A stretch of DNA of 64,000 nucleotides, taken from positions 6,728,817 to 6,792,816 of the forward strand of contig NW_003314261.1 in NCBI RefSeq assembly GCF_000143415.4, read 5' to 3'. The translations under genes were made by a program, and so were the position numbers. Under the pieces are notes generated by a model, which saw only the letters and a list, made by a program, of their open reading frames with translations, was not told where the DNA came from and searched no databases. This document shows, piece after piece, positions 20,919 through 35,400 of this stretch. Position 1 is the first letter of the stretch; every line of letters starts with the position of its first letter. The DNA is from Selaginella moellendorffii. Lineage: Eukaryota; Plantae; Lycopodiophyta.

Positions 20919-22061
20919 TGTAGCGCACGTGGTTTTGACCCTTTATCCTATGGTGATTTACCATAGGATAACACCACGAAGCGGAACCTAAACCCTCTTT
21001 GTGCCACGTGACAGATGCCACGTGTCACATGCCACGTGTCCATACCACGTGTCCATAGGAACCCGAGGTTCAGGGCTTTGGGCCACTGAACGAAGGAACG
21101 GTGCCAAACTCCCAAGCATGACGCCAAGGAGTGATGGAACCGAACCACGGAGCAACTCCCGAGCATACAGCCCAAGGAGCGAAGGGACAGGAGCCCGGAG
21201 CGACTTGGAACAATCCTGAAGCAACCAGCATCCCAATGCCAGGACCAGCACGCAAAACGGAGCCAAATGGAGTCTGGCGCTATTTCGGCATACCGGTGGC
21301 CTAACGCGAGGACATGGGTACTCCACCAGCTAGCATGGAATGGAACTTGGGCTTAGACCCAAGCCGGACGCAGAACAAGGACAGGCACGCAAGCGGGAGC
21401 TAGACTATGCCTCAGGTTGGTCGGCCATGCCCGACCTACCCACTATCCCTACTATACATTTGGAACCCCCCATAGCCCCCCCCCCTTGAGGAACACACGC
21501 TTTGGGCTTTCACCCCAAGCCTCCCTTAGTATCAGGAGTTAGTCTCTGGGACAAGCTCGAAACTTACTAATTATGGAATGTCCCTAGATTGCGAATTTGG
21601 ACAAGGGACGAACACCATTGTGTTCAGGACGATCTCTACATTCCGTAGATATGCCAAATGAGCAAATCTGGACACTTTCCATAAATAGCATTTGGGACGA
21701 ATTAAGACTAACATAAAGGGCATGATAGCGAGGGTGTTTGGCAGACACGGTAAGCTATCATCTAACGATGTTGAGGGACCAATCTCAATATCGCGGGGGT
21801 TCTTGATACTAGCAAGTGCAAGCCAATGACACAAGTTTCTCAAACCAGGCCGAGTATGCTCAGCAAGAAACACATAGGGTTCCTACCTTATGTTTATCCA
21901 ATCTAAGTGCATGTTCATTGACCAGTTTCTCAACTAGTTCAAGTGGGAACTGATAACGGGTCCAGCAATACCGACCTCCTGCCATCGTGGCAGTAAGGTA
22001 AGAGTGTCCGTAAGGACTGGCCGACAGGTAACTTTCGATACCTGAAGTCACATTCGCGACA
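20919..22061 (-). repeat. 3' LTR of element A
   Basis: TGTAGCG...CGCGACA. About 5 substitutions versus 27042-28184, counted by eye. Confidence 0.95.
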
Positions 22062-25000
22062 CTCTCCCCCCCTTAGGAAGATCGACGTCCTCGTCGATGC
22101 ATACTCGAGTCTAGAATACCGCCAAGGAAACAACTCCATAAAAAGTTCACGGTACTCACACTATGTGAGAAATGCACCAACTTAAATGAGTTAGGGGGTA
22201 ACCTCTTTGTCTAACGCGGATGCGCTACCAACTCAGACACCTTCCGGCCGTCGCTGACAAGGAAATGACCAACGGAATCAGCCACCCTTGCTGCTCTGGG
22301 TGTCACCCAGCGACAAAAGTGTGATATGCCCTGCCCGCAGAGACATAGAGAGAGAAGCCAGAGGCCCCAACCCTCCTGAGCAAAGAAACCAAACCCGTCG
22401 GTAAGGTTTAGATAGACTACTGTCAACAGGCAGTTTAGAGTTGTTTACACGGTCACGCCCTTTCACGGAACAAGGAACATCGACAGAGAGGCGGGTTATG
22501 TGACCAGTCGACAGTAGCTACCCCATGACTAGAGATTTCACCATGCACACGAAGTGCTGAAGCCAGTCTGCCTATACTGGCCCAAACTCAAAGATCAATA
22601 TATATGGACTATATCAAAGTCATAAACAATGATATCTTAGATATTGAATTATCAGTGAATAAAGCTTAAAATTAGAACACAAAAGTATTCCAAGTAAGTT
22701 ATCATCTGATAAACTAGTATTATAGTGCAAGAACCACCAAAGATCAGCATAATTGGTAAACATAGGATTCACCATCAAACAAAATTCAATAGCAAGTATA
22801 TCATCAAGTAAACTCAATGATAAAGGTTAACTATTAAAGATTGCAGACAGAATGCCAAACAACTTACGAAAGATAACTCAAAGAACACAAAGTATCATTG
22901 ACTAACAAGCACAATGCTCGCGAATGTATCACCCAAAGGAAATAACATCCAAATCTATCAAAACTAACTCGAGCAACAATCAACAAAAGAGAATGAATGT
23001 GGTAAGACCAACAAACATTCATGCCTGCCAACTATCACAAAAGCCAATCTGAATAGATCCCAGCCAACAATACCAAGGAACTCAAGTTGCCTAAGCAAGT
23101 GTCAGCAACATCCTACTGACGTCTCAAACCCAAGAGACCAATCCAGAGCAAACCACAAAGAACATGTGGTATTGCGAAAAGCCAAAAGCCATCAAAGAGA
23201 ACAACCAACTATCATGAAAGATCGTCAATTAGCCCATCAATGTAGTGATGTATAATCATCGTTGAAGAAAGAATCTACCATCCCGAAGAATAGCAAATAA
23301 TTCCAAACCAACAATAATCAAGCAAAACTTGTGATAAGGACAATTAACTACCCTAGATGATAGTCAATCATCACCAATGATTGCCAGATGCAAAGCCAAC
23401 TTCAACATCGAAGCTAATGAGCCAAAATGCCTTCCCCAACAACTTCTAACAAATGGAACAATGAGCATAAAACTCAAAGAACCAAAGCTCGAAAAAGCCT
23501 ATAGCCAAGTCTTGCCTAATAATGATCACAAGTCTCATAAAAGCTAACTTCAATGTGAAAGAAGAAATCGTGATGCAACTCATAATATCTTCCTCAACAC
23601 ATCCATAAGCCAAACTTCATAATGCCAAAGCTAATGAAGAGCATTTCTGCATCAATCCAAAAGCTAAGCATAACAAAGCTATGCTTAACAAGTGATCATC
23701 AAACGATCCTCCATGAATCCATCTATGCAAGACATAACTCACTTCATAACAAGCTCAAAAAGAATCATTAATGATTGCTATATTCCGAACTCAAATCCAG
23801 CAAGGACTCAACATTCTAATATCGATCACTAACTCTTCTTCTCGTAGAGTTAGCATAGTCCACGACTAAATCACTTTTCAAGGAAAAGCTAAAGCTCAAC
23901 CCTCTAAACAATCTCGTCTAGAACACAACTAACTCAACTTGCCACTCAGTTCATTTGAACGTCAACACAGTTGCTAACTAGCAAATGCACGAATGCCAAC
24001 AACACAAAGCTATAGCCAAATCATCAACACTATATTCATCAAGACTAATGAAACTCAATATCAATCCTTGGAAGGATATCTCATTTCACTCAGATCTCAA
24101 TATCAACAATATCAATGACAAGGCATCACTTCAATGCCATCAACATCAGGACAAAGCTAGAAGAAAGCAAGAGTGAATCACCACTCGGAGCTTTCCAGCA
24201 ACCAAGCTAACCAAAGTCGAAGATACTATACTTAGTATCCGAGACCAATCCTTCAGCAATACTCAGTTACAGATAACATTTCATCAAAGAGTGAATCACC
24301 ACATCCAAGACTCAATGAAATCCAACACCACGGACTAAACGTAACAAAATGATATCGACGGAGATAGAATCGATATACTAACATAGAAAACCTATGCAAG
24401 TCTAACGACACGATCCTCCGCAACACCATCTGGTAAAGCAAGCCCATCACTGCTAAATCATCATCGAGCAAAGCAAGTGTCAACTGTCCTTGATGAAGTC
24501 TACAAGTAATCACTAGTCGCAAAGCAACTAACAATCACTCTTAAACTTGCGTTCACAAGACCCAAACACCAACTCATATCATCAAGTCACATACTTGTCC
24601 AACATGAACATAATACCCCAGGTACGAGATAAAAGTTCATAGACAAGCACAAACTAAATGACCACTCGAATCCAACTCAACCGCAATAAGCTCACTAATG
24701 CATTTAGTCAATAGCTTTGAACATGCCTTAAAGAGGCTAGCTATGCATGATCAACACTCAGTCGAAACTAAAGTGAAGACCATGAGATGGACTCATATTG
24801 GTACACAACCTCCTCATAGACAAAGCTATAGTATGGGTACCAACATCTCAACCTCAAACAACTAAGTTGGACATCACCATCCTCAGCCAAGGTGCAGCCA
24901 CCAAGACCAAGTCAAGATCAATGAGAGCTCACTACTCTCATAGAGTCTAACGTAATGCAAGGTGCAAACTGCCACCAAGCACAACGCTACAAAAGAAAGG

Positions 25001-27041
25001 CACAAGGGTCACCTTTCTTAGAAAAGCGCAACAGCCACTTTTCTACACCAACTCCAGACTCTATCCAACTCAATTGCTCTAGCCCCAAAAGTCAGCATCC
25101 CTTTCGGGCCGCATTATACAAACTACCTATCAAGGTCTAAGCCAACCGAAGTCAACTCCAACCCCTTCACTAGTTTGTACTGGCTTACGAAAACGGAATG
25201 GTTTTCGAGCAAAGTGACCAACAGATCAGCCATTGGAGAAGTCTAAGAAAATTTGTGGAAAATTTCCCATCCTAGAGAAAGAATGACTCTCAGTCCAGGA
25301 TTGCAAACTTTCAAGACTCAACCAACTTCCTCCTACCTACAACTTCATATAGATTCACCTCAACACAAATTCTCATGATCCATCAATATGCTTAAGCATC
25401 GAACATCTTTGCCCATTTTTCCGATATCCAACACCGACATCCGCAAAGTGCAAAATGAACATCCAAGGCTTGATCACGAAGACCACATCTTCGGATATCC
25501 ATATTGCACTAACACTCTTCTTCAATCACCTTCAAGATCCAATGTGAAGCCAAAACACTAACAAGAAAAATGACATGAAAAATCAAGGTCCAAGGAAAAT
25601 TCCTCATCACTTGAAATAACAATGCCACTTCCACTAACACAAGTGCTAGTGACGTCAATGCCCCAACTCCACATCTTCTCCATCCAACAATCTACTCTAA
25701 GTGCTAACGGATCAACCGACAAGGTATAGCAAATGAATGCTACAACTCTTTTTACCAACACCTAATGGGCAAACTCAAGTAAGCAAGGTACCAACTTAAG
25801 CTTAGCATAATGGACCACTATAGAGAATCCAGTCAAAGCTACTACAATGCTACTTCGTGCAAGAAGACTAGCTTCTCCATCAACCACTTTGGGGTTGATC
25901 ATCATTTACCCAAGCAACTTCGTAAATGCATTACTCTTTATCACATGGATATGATATAAGCATCACAATGACTTGATCATCAATTGAGTAACGCAATGAG
26001 CAATGCCTATGTCATTACTTCAAATGTTTATGTGAGTATCAAATGCCAACTCGATTCGACAAAATGTAACATAAATGCCACACTCCACTAATAGAGGTTT
26101 ACGACACCCAACACCACTAACTTTTGTTCATAACACGGACAAGCTCATGCCACTCTCTTTCCGACCAAACTCAACACTAATCCAACACCAAGCTATTCAA
26201 GGAGCAATAGCAAGGTTCCCCGGAAAAGAATTGAGCATTGCAACCCAAGTCTTCCAATAGCGAGCCTAGACAAAATGGTTTAGTGTTTCACCACTATCCA
26301 TCCCATAACTCACCACTTGTAAGACCATCATTTCCAACATGCATCAAGGTAGGGACTCTTGATTGCATAATGTGAACACAAGCAATGAGTTAACACCTCG
26401 TTGCAAATCATCTCTCCAAGAAGAGAAAATGATTTACGTATTTGATCCTTCGTCCCCAATGAGTCTCTTTCCGGTCTCATCTTTGACCAAACCTCAAACT
26501 TGCTTTCGCACTGCCTTCAGTTCAATCGAAGAAAAGTTTATAAGAGAGCACGGCAATAATTACTTGAACCAATAGACTATTCCCTACAGTCTTGATTGAT
26601 CCACTTATAATCATGCTTAGGAAGGATCCACTAGTGCCGTGCTAAACAGCTACGGATCAGCCTATTTGCAACTCATAGCAAACCTAGGTAGGTTTGCTTT
26701 CACCCATGGTACAAGGAATAACTCATTAAACCACTGATAGGCTAACATTAATCCTGCCAACTCTAAATGTAACCTTGAGTTGCTAATGTGCCTCACTCAC
26801 GAGCCCAAGCGCAAACTCGTGCTACTGGAACAACTCAAATCCATCTTATGAGCCCAAGAACAAGATCACATAATTACGGTACAAGAAGGTAACCGAATCC
26901 ATACCCAAGGAACGATTGCGAAGTCTTTGCACCCAAACGTGTACCCACTCGGATCATCGTTTTCATCTTTGCGTATGCAACGAGACTAGTTGCCCAATCT
27001 CATTGAATAGTACTCGCTGAGACTCATCCTCTGATACCAAA

Positions 27042-28184
27042 TGTAGCGCACGTGGTTTTGACCCTTTATCCTATGGTGATTTACCATAGGATAACACCAC
27101 GAAGCGGAACCTAAACCCTCTTTGTGCCACGTGACATATGCCACGTGTCACATGCCACGTGTCCATACCACGTGTCCATAGGAACCCGAGGTTCAGGGCC
27201 TTGGGCCACTGAACGAAGGAACGGTGCCAAACTCCCAAGCGTGACGCCAAGGAGTGATGGAACCGAACCACGGAGCAACTCCCGAGCATACAGCCCAAGG
27301 AGCGAAGGGACAGGAGCCCGGAGCGACTTGGAACAATCCTGAAGCAACCAGCATCCCAATGCCAGGACCAGCACGCAAAATGGAGCCAAATGGAGTCTGG
27401 CGCTATTTCGGCATACCGGTGGCCTAACGCGAGGACATGGGTACTCCACCAGCTAGCATGGAATGGAACTTGGGCTTAGACCCAAGCCGGACGCAGAACA
27501 AGGACAGGCACGCAAGCGGGAGCTAGACTATGCCTTAGGTTGGTCGGCCATGCCCGACCTACCCACTATCCCTACTATACATTTGGAACCCCCCATAGCC
27601 CCCCCCCCTTGAGGAACACACGCTTTGGGCTTTCACCCCAAGCCTCCCTTAGTATCAGGAGTTAGTCTCTGGGACAAGCTCGAAACTTACTAATTATGGA
27701 ATGTCCCTAGATTGCGAATTTGGACAAGGGACGAACACCATTGTGTTCAGGACGATCTCTACATTCCGTAGATATGCCAAATGAGCAAATCTGGACACTT
27801 TCCATAAATAGCATTTGGGACGAATTAAGACTAACATAAAGGGCATGATAGCGAGGGTGTTTGGCAGACACGGTAAGCTATCATCTAACGATGTTGAGGG
27901 ACCAATCTCAATATCGCGGGGGTTCTTGATACTAGCAAGTGCAAGCCAATGACACAAGTTTCTCAAACCAGGCCGAGTATGCTCAGCAAGAAACACATAG
28001 GGTTCCTACCTTATGTTTATCCAATCTAAGTGCATGTTCATTGACCAGTTTCTCAACTAGTTCAAGTGGGAACTGATAACGGGTCCAGCAATACCGACCT
28101 CCTGCCATCGTGGCAGTAAGGTAAGAGTGTCCGTAAGGACTGGCCGACAGGTAACTTTCGATACCTGAAGTCACATTCGCGACA
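27042..28184 (-). repeat. 5' LTR of element A
   Basis: Direct repeat of 20919-22061, adjacent to the Met PBS. Confidence 0.95.
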
Positions 28185-29120
28185 ATATAGCAAACAACTT
28201 CCACTTGGATTTGTTGACAAACATATGAGTAAGAGTTTTTGGCCCCAACACAACAAATAAATTCTAATATAAAAGGGAATGGATTTGTAAGTTTTTAAAT
28301 TTAGAATTCCCTAGCAAGTTACAAGGGGGAATGGATTTATAAGCTTTTGAATTTGAACTTTCAAAGGGGTTACCAAAAATCCTTAATTGATTGGAAAAAA
28401 AGTGCATTTTTGTTTATAGGCAATTTTTCTTGAATCGTTATCTTTGATTATTTATATGATTGAGCGCACAAAAAATATCATGAATGTGACTGCGGGTATC
28501 AAAAGTTATTTGTCAATTAATCCTTTCAAATATTCTTTCCATACTGCCATAATGGCAAGAGGTTGGTATTGTTAAACCCTTTATCAGTCCTTTTTGTGCT
28601 AGTAAAGTTAATTGGGCATTTTAAGTGTATTTAGATTAAACAAGTATAAAGATGAAATTCCTACATGCTAGTTAAACATACTTAACTTAGTAAGGAGTTT
28701 TTATTTTGTTGTGTCTTGTACTAGCTAGTGACAATAACCCTTGCATATTTAGAGTAGTCCCTCAATATCACCAGATGATAGTTTACTGTGTCTACTAAAT
28801 ACTTTCGGTATCATACCCTGGTTCAATTGGTTCAGTTCGGTCCCAATTGCTATTTATAAAAAGTGTCTAGATTTGCTAATTTAGCATATCTACGGAATGT
28901 AGAGGTTGGTCCTATATCCAAATTCATAATCTAATATTATTGCATATTTAATAAGTTTCAAAACTCTCCTAAAGGATTAATCCCGGGTCCAAGGGAGGGG
29001 ACCTTGGTTTCCCCATTAGGGGGAAAAGGCCCAACCTCCCCCCATTTTTTTTAAAACAATTGGGACCCCTTTTATTGGGGGCCCCCTCGAACCCACCCCC
29101 CCCCCCACCCCCCCCCCCCA

Positions 29121-29627
29121 CACTTCCCTTGAGGAACATATACTTTGGGCTTTCACCCTAATGTGCATACTTGTTTTTATTCTGTGTCCAACTTGGGTCT
29201 AAGCCCAAGTTCTATTCCATATTAGTTGGTGGAATACCCATATTCTTGCATTAGTCCACTGGTATGCTAAAATAGTGTTAAACTCTATTTAACTCCATTT
29301 TGCGTGTTAATCCTAGCATTGGGATGTTAAATGTTCTAGGACTGTTCCAAGTTGCTATATGCTCTTGTCTCTTCGTTACTTGGGTTGTATGCTCAAAAGT
29401 CGCTCTATGCTCTAGTGATGTTGCTCCTTAACTCCATGATTAGAAGTTTGGCTTCGTTTCTTCATTCAATGGCTCAAGGCTTTAAAATTTGGGTTTTGCT
29501 CTACTATCCTTTGACACATGGCACATATAACATGTTATATGTGGCATATGGAGGGTTTAGATTTTACTTCATGGTTATCCTATAATAATTCACTATAGGA
29601 TAAAGGGTGAAAGCCACATTTGCTATA
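29121..29627 (+). mobile_element. Old, AT-eroded and rearranged LTR relic of family A
   Basis: ~29165-29627 is the reverse complement of LTR positions ~1-470 (e.g. ggataaagggtgaaagccacatttgctata). 29125-29160 matches LTR ~565-600 in direct orientation. Confidence 0.8.
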
Positions 29628-29649
29628 AAGAAATATAATACCTATGATA

Positions 29650-30480
29650 CACTATTGATTAATGCCTCTCATAGAAAATTGGAGTAGAAGAGTATATCAC
29701 ATCAGTGGCAAGGGCTAGTGCACTCCTTTAATCAAATTGCCATAAAGCAAACACACCTATTACATAATAAAGGTAACAACAGTAGCCTTGTATGGACCAA
29801 AAAGTTGGGGTCTAGGACTAAACAAGACCATGTGGAACAAACTTAAGACAATCAATAAATATTTCATCTCAGCAGAATTCAAGGTATACAAGGTTCCATA
29901 CTCAATCATAGTTTTAAAGATAGACTTACTCCCAATGGAGATTTTCACTAAATGACATTGCATTATGTACGTGTAAAGTGCATACCTTCTCTACAAACAA
30001 AAACTTGTAGATGCAGCTATTGTTGAATCAAGCTTTTGGAAAAGGTTGGTGGCACACTCTTGAGGTATGGACAGCCATCCTTGGCCATGACCTCTCCACA
30101 CTAATGATGGAATTTATTGAACAATTAAAGTTATGGACATGGCAATCTCTTCAATGTTGGTACAATGCTTAGATGAAAGATGGTGTCCCCTTTAGAATAT
30201 TTATGAACACCATCAACTTAAGGCACTAATTTAGTTTCACAATGTACAATGAGCTTACCTCCACAATTAGAGAATCCTAGTTACAAAATAGGGCATCATA
30301 GATTGATAATGGAATTCAAACGTCACTTGAGACCATTGTTGCTATATGATATTTGCTTTTACCCCACATGTTATAAAGAAGTTGAAGATGTGGAGATTTG
30401 GTCAACATGTGCTCAACCTATGCTCCACTATGTCAACCATGGGTCCTCTAAGGTGCAGATCTATATGTAATTCTCACAAG
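29650..30480 (+). mobile_element. Probable C-terminal LINE ORF2 remnant
   Basis: YKIGHHRLIMEFKR...CFYPTCYKEVEDVE resembles the R.G.H.L.IE.GR / C..C...ED..H C-terminal motifs of LINE ORF2. Confidence 0.4.
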
Positions 30481-32449
30481 CGAACATTAGGCCAAGAGCA
30501 TCTATGAATTTCTATGAGAAATGGAAATCAAGCACCAATCCTTAGTCATTGATGCCATGCTCATGATATATTGCAACTGAGTCAGAATCAAAACAAGGGT
30601 GACAACACTTCTCACTACAAATGTTAATGGCTAGGTAAAGATCATATTGAGGTTCCAACCCAAGAGGCATCAGGAGGGGCAACAGGCAGGTCAATGAAGC
30701 CAAGGGCAAGGACAAAAGGTGTGGTGGTAGAAGACTTGGAGGAGTTCAATAAATAAATGGCTTATGAGATAATCAGAGCAACTTACTATAATCAGTTGGT
30801 CTCATGTTTCTTGATGGGTGCTATAAGACCTTGTAAACAATTAATGAATAAATGAATGAATATTCCTTTTGCCACCCAAACTCTCCCTATGGTGTGAATA
30901 ACATTTAGAGGCATGCACCGCCTTAAAATATGATGTGAGAGGGAAAGCTAATAGCAAGAAACACAAAAAAAGCCATTGACAAAAGAAGCATTTCTCATTT
31001 CTGGAGAAAAAACTAAAGTAGAACAAAGTATATGTAGTAATCATGTTTTTTTTTGGTTTTTTAACTAGGTTTTTTTTCAAAAATTAATGTAAAGTATATA
31101 TAAATTACTAAATAGATTCTAAATAAGAAATAGTAAAATTTATGGTGGCAGAAATGCTTCAATAAGCAATGTTTCTCCACACAACTTCCTATATTGTGTG
31201 GAGAATGTAAGTTTTAGCAATTGAAATAAACTACCATAGAATTTAGAATAACCTATTTCATTGCATTTAAAACAATGCCACATAGAATTAAAAGTTTTAC
31301 TAATATGGCACTATTTTGAATTCAAAGAATTTTATAAAACTAGTAAAGAGAGCAAGTGAAGTTGAATAATCAAGGGAAGAAATATAAGAAGAGTTATTTC
31401 AATTCAAAGCTTGTTAATAAGAGTATTAAAAGATTTTTGCATCTTTTGATCTCTGATGAATAATCTAAATAGTAAATCATTTTTCATATATAACCTTCAC
31501 CATTTTAACTAAACACTTGAATCTTAATCTTTTTATAACAAATATTTTCTAATGAATTACTAACACTAGTTTGTCATATTTGATAATCCCTTTTATAATT
31601 GGCTATTTGCTAGTCTCTTCTTGAAGGTTGCTGGATGATGGAGATTTTGGGTCCCTTAAGAACAATGACATTAGTTCCATTGCTTTTGATTTAATTTTCT
31701 AGCTAGTTTTATAGACTTATTGTTTTATTGAGAGGTATTATTTTTGTCAAAATCAAGACACACAACTACAAACTTTTCAAAAAATTTGCAATTCTATATT
31801 TTATCTTAAATTAATTCTCAATATTAACTTTGATATAAATGATTGTAAACCCAATTATCTTTCCACTTTACCTAATTCCCTTTTATTTTTTTCCCTCTTC
31901 TTTTGCATTTTCCTTTTTCTTTTACACTTTCAAAAGAACCAATAGTGTTGATAGTGTCAAGACCCCCAACAAGATCAAGACTGGAAAATGTAGAAGACAA
32001 AGAGAAAAGCTAGTAGAAACGAAGAAAAGGCCTTAAATTGGTGTTGATTCAGATTGTGAAGAAATGAAACAAGGATAACCTATATATACTATAAGTTGAT
32101 GAAGTTCCACCACTCTTGGATCGAGGACGGCCTAAATATAGCTAAGGTCAAGGAGGTGCCACATCATCATCAGGAATGTGGCTCGAGACTCAGGAATCAT
32201 ACAGGAAATCAAAGAGTTAGGAATAAGGAAGTGTCTCAAGAGTCAAGAATATGGTCTACAGGTCAGGAATCCAGCGAGAGTCAGGAATGTGGCAAGAATT
32301 GGGGGATTCCTGACAACACCCCTTCCTCAAGAATGAGTGGAACGAGGACGTGAATGAGAACGAAGAGGAGGATGAGATGGGCGGCAAGGGACAGGAGATG
32401 GAGAAAAATAATGAGGACTGGGATGAAAAGGATAGTGGTGGTGGAAGTC

Positions 32450-35400
32450 CTAAACAAGGTCAGGAGAATGAATCAGATTGTCCGCAGATTCCCAAGTGCG
32501 TTCTTTAGGTCCGTAACCCTTCCAATCGACCAGATAGTAGAGTTTAGACCGTGAGATCTTGGAATCAAGGATGTCCTGAACCTCGTACTCAAAGCCATCC
32601 TCGAGCTGCACTGGTGGAGGCAGAGAAATGACCTGATTTGGAGTAGAACTGGGAATATAAGGCTCAAGGAGAGAGGAGTGAAAAACGGGGTGAATTTGGT
32701 ATGAGGAGGGAAGTGCAAGGTGATAAATCACAGGATTAATGATGGCAGTGATAAGGAAAGGATTGAGGCGTTTGAAATCGAGTTTGGGACATGGCCTGGT
32801 GGTGGAGATATTTCGCTTGAGGAGCCAGACTTTATCCCCGATATTGTAAGGGGGACAATCCTGACGATGGACATTGGTGAATGTTTTGTGAGAGGAGATG
32901 GAGTTGTGGATTTCTTGGAGGTTGGAGACAAATGTCTCAGAGCGGGGATTTGAACGAGAGGATTTGGATGGAGAAGGAAGTGAAAGATTGAATCGGGGAT
33001 TTCGGCCGAACCAATCATCCTGATGATAATTGATGAAGCACCTTAAGAATTGTTCCAACGTCTGAATTGTTCACTCGGACTGTCCATCAGTTTGAGGATG
33101 ATATGCCGAAGAGGTTGGCCTTCACTCCAAGCAGCTGCAAAAACTGTTGCCAGAAATGAGAGATGAATTGAGGTCCCCAATCCGAAACCACATTTGCAGG
33201 AATCCCATGAAGTCGGAAAATTTCCCTAAATACCAGTTTTTCCATGTCCTTGCCCGAAAACTCCTTGGTACATGGCAGGAAATGTGCCATCTTTGTGAAG
33301 CGATCCACCACGACTAAAATGCTGTTGAAGCCTCTAGAACTCAGAAGATCACTCAAGAAATCCATGGAGATGGATTCCCAAGGACATGAAGGGACCGGGA
33401 GGGAACGAAGCAAACCTGAAGGATGGTGGCGAGGTATCTTATTCCGAGCGCAAGTGTCATAGGAGGTAACAAAAGCTTTGATGTAGTTGTTCATGTGAGG
33501 CCACCAAAAGTCCCGTGCAACCAGCTCATAGGTTTTCGCAATGCCGAAGTGACCAGCAGTTGGGCTATTGTGGCACGCCATCAGGGCCAACCTTCGAGCA
33601 ACACCTTCAAGAACGTAAAGCTGCTCCCCACGATACAACAAACCATCTAAGAACTCGAACTCATCAAATCGCCAGCAGTCGAGAGTCACTGGGTGTCCAG
33701 CCTGAAGATGGGGGAAACTGTTGCTAGCGAGGTCATCGGATTGAAGATCGTTTCTAATCACATCCATCAAGGAGGAGTCCTGAGGGGCCACGGAAATTGC
33801 CATAACTTGAAGCCAATTAGGACCGAGGATAATCTGATCTTGCTGATTGAAGGCAGGATTACCAGGCCTGAGACTGAGATAAGAGCGCCTTGAAAGAGCA
33901 TCAGGAAGGCCTTGAAGCTTTCCAGGTCTGTACTTGATAACAAAGTCAAACTAACTCAAGAATTGTGCCCACCTTGCCTGATGACGGCTCAAAACTCGGG
34001 AAGTGGCAAAGTACTCGAGATTTTTGTGATCCGTCCAGACTGTTGTTTGATGGCCCGCCCCCTCCAAGAAATGATGCCACTCTCCAAAGGAATCCACGAT
34101 GGCGAGGAGCTCCTTGTCGTGGATTTCGTAATTGATCTCCGCAGGCTAGAATTTCTGAGAATGGAAAGTGACCGAATGAAATTCTTGATCAACTCCGAGT
34201 TAAGATAGCACAACACCGATGGCAAAGTCGGAGGTGACAGCCTCAATGAAGAAAGGTTGTGAGGGATCAGCGTGGATCAAGATGGGAGCAGAACTAAAGG
34301 CTGCCTTGAGTGTGTCAAAGGCCTGCTGGGCAGCAGGAGACCAAGAAAAGGGAACATCCTTGCCAGTGAGATGCGTGAGTGGAAGGACAATGTCAGAGTA
34401 GTGATCAATGAATTTGTAGTAGAAGTTGGCGAAGCCGAGAAAAACCTAAACGTCCGACATTGATTGTGGAGGCTCCCATTCGAGAATAGTTTTGACTTTG
34501 GCAGGATCCATCGTGATACCCTCAGGAGTGACAATGTACCCAAGGAACTCCATAGACTCCTAATCGAAGGAACATTTCTCAAGCTTCACATATAGGCTGT
34601 GTTCCCGCAGCTTTGCCAGCACCTTGCGCACGTGCTCGTTGTGCTCCTCCTGAGTTTTTGAGTAGATGAGGATGTCATCGAGGTAAACGATCACCATCTG
34701 ATCAAGAAACTCTCGAAATACATCGTTCGCCATATGTTGGAAAACTGCTGGAGCATTTGTCAAGCCAAATGGCATGACAGTGTACTCGAAGTGGCCATAG
34801 CGGGTTCAGAACGCAGTCTTCCATTCATCACTAGGCTGGATTTGGATCAGGTTGTATGCTCCATGGAGGTCGATCTTGGTGAAGAAGCGGGCACCGCTGA
34901 GGCGTTCCAACAGGTCCAACATCAGAGGCGGCGGATAACGGTTCCAAATAGTCACCTTGTTCAAACCTCGGTAGTCGATGACTAGCCGCAAACTCCCATC
35001 CTTCTTCTTGACAAAGAAGACAGATGCTCGAACCGAGGACTGCAAATGCCTGAATGTACCCCGAGGCAAGGTTCTCCTCCACATACTCTTTGAGGGCCTT
35101 AAGCTCGGATGGGGATAACCCGTAGATAGGCCCCCACGGAGGTGACACTCCTTCTTGTAAATCAATGGGACAGTTATAAGGCTAATGAACAAGCAGTACA
35201 CTAGCTTTTTTTCTTGTCAAACACATCTCCAAAATCATGATACTTCTCAGGAAGACTAACATGAGAAACATGCAAAGCAAAAAAAAAAAAAGGTTCTTCA
35301 TGAAGGAGTTCTTTCATAGTGATTGTGGAGATAGGAGGAGGTGTTTGACTAAATGGAATGATGAGACAAGGATACTGTCTAGTGTAAAATAGAAGAGAGG

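Larger units (their letters stand above)
20919..28184 (-). mobile_element. Young non-autonomous LTR retrotransposon (gypsy-derived), element A
   Basis: Two 1143-bp TG...CA LTRs. TSD ATATA (20914-20918 / 28185-28189). PBS TGGTATCAGAG (tRNA-iMet) on the minus strand at ~27029-27039. PPT (CTCTCCCCCCC on plus) at 22062. The 5-kb interior has no long ORF. Confidence 0.93.

Noticed and set aside
20948-22051. Duplicated 60-112 aa ORFs (repeated at 27071-28204)
   Set aside because: They lie within the two LTRs. The identity reflects LTR duplication, not coding constraint.
28240-29120. Homopolymer-rich stretch with G/C runs as a G-quadruplex or novel element
   Set aside because: No termini, TSD or ORF. 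It looks like eroded repeat or low-quality sequence and cannot be supported without reads.
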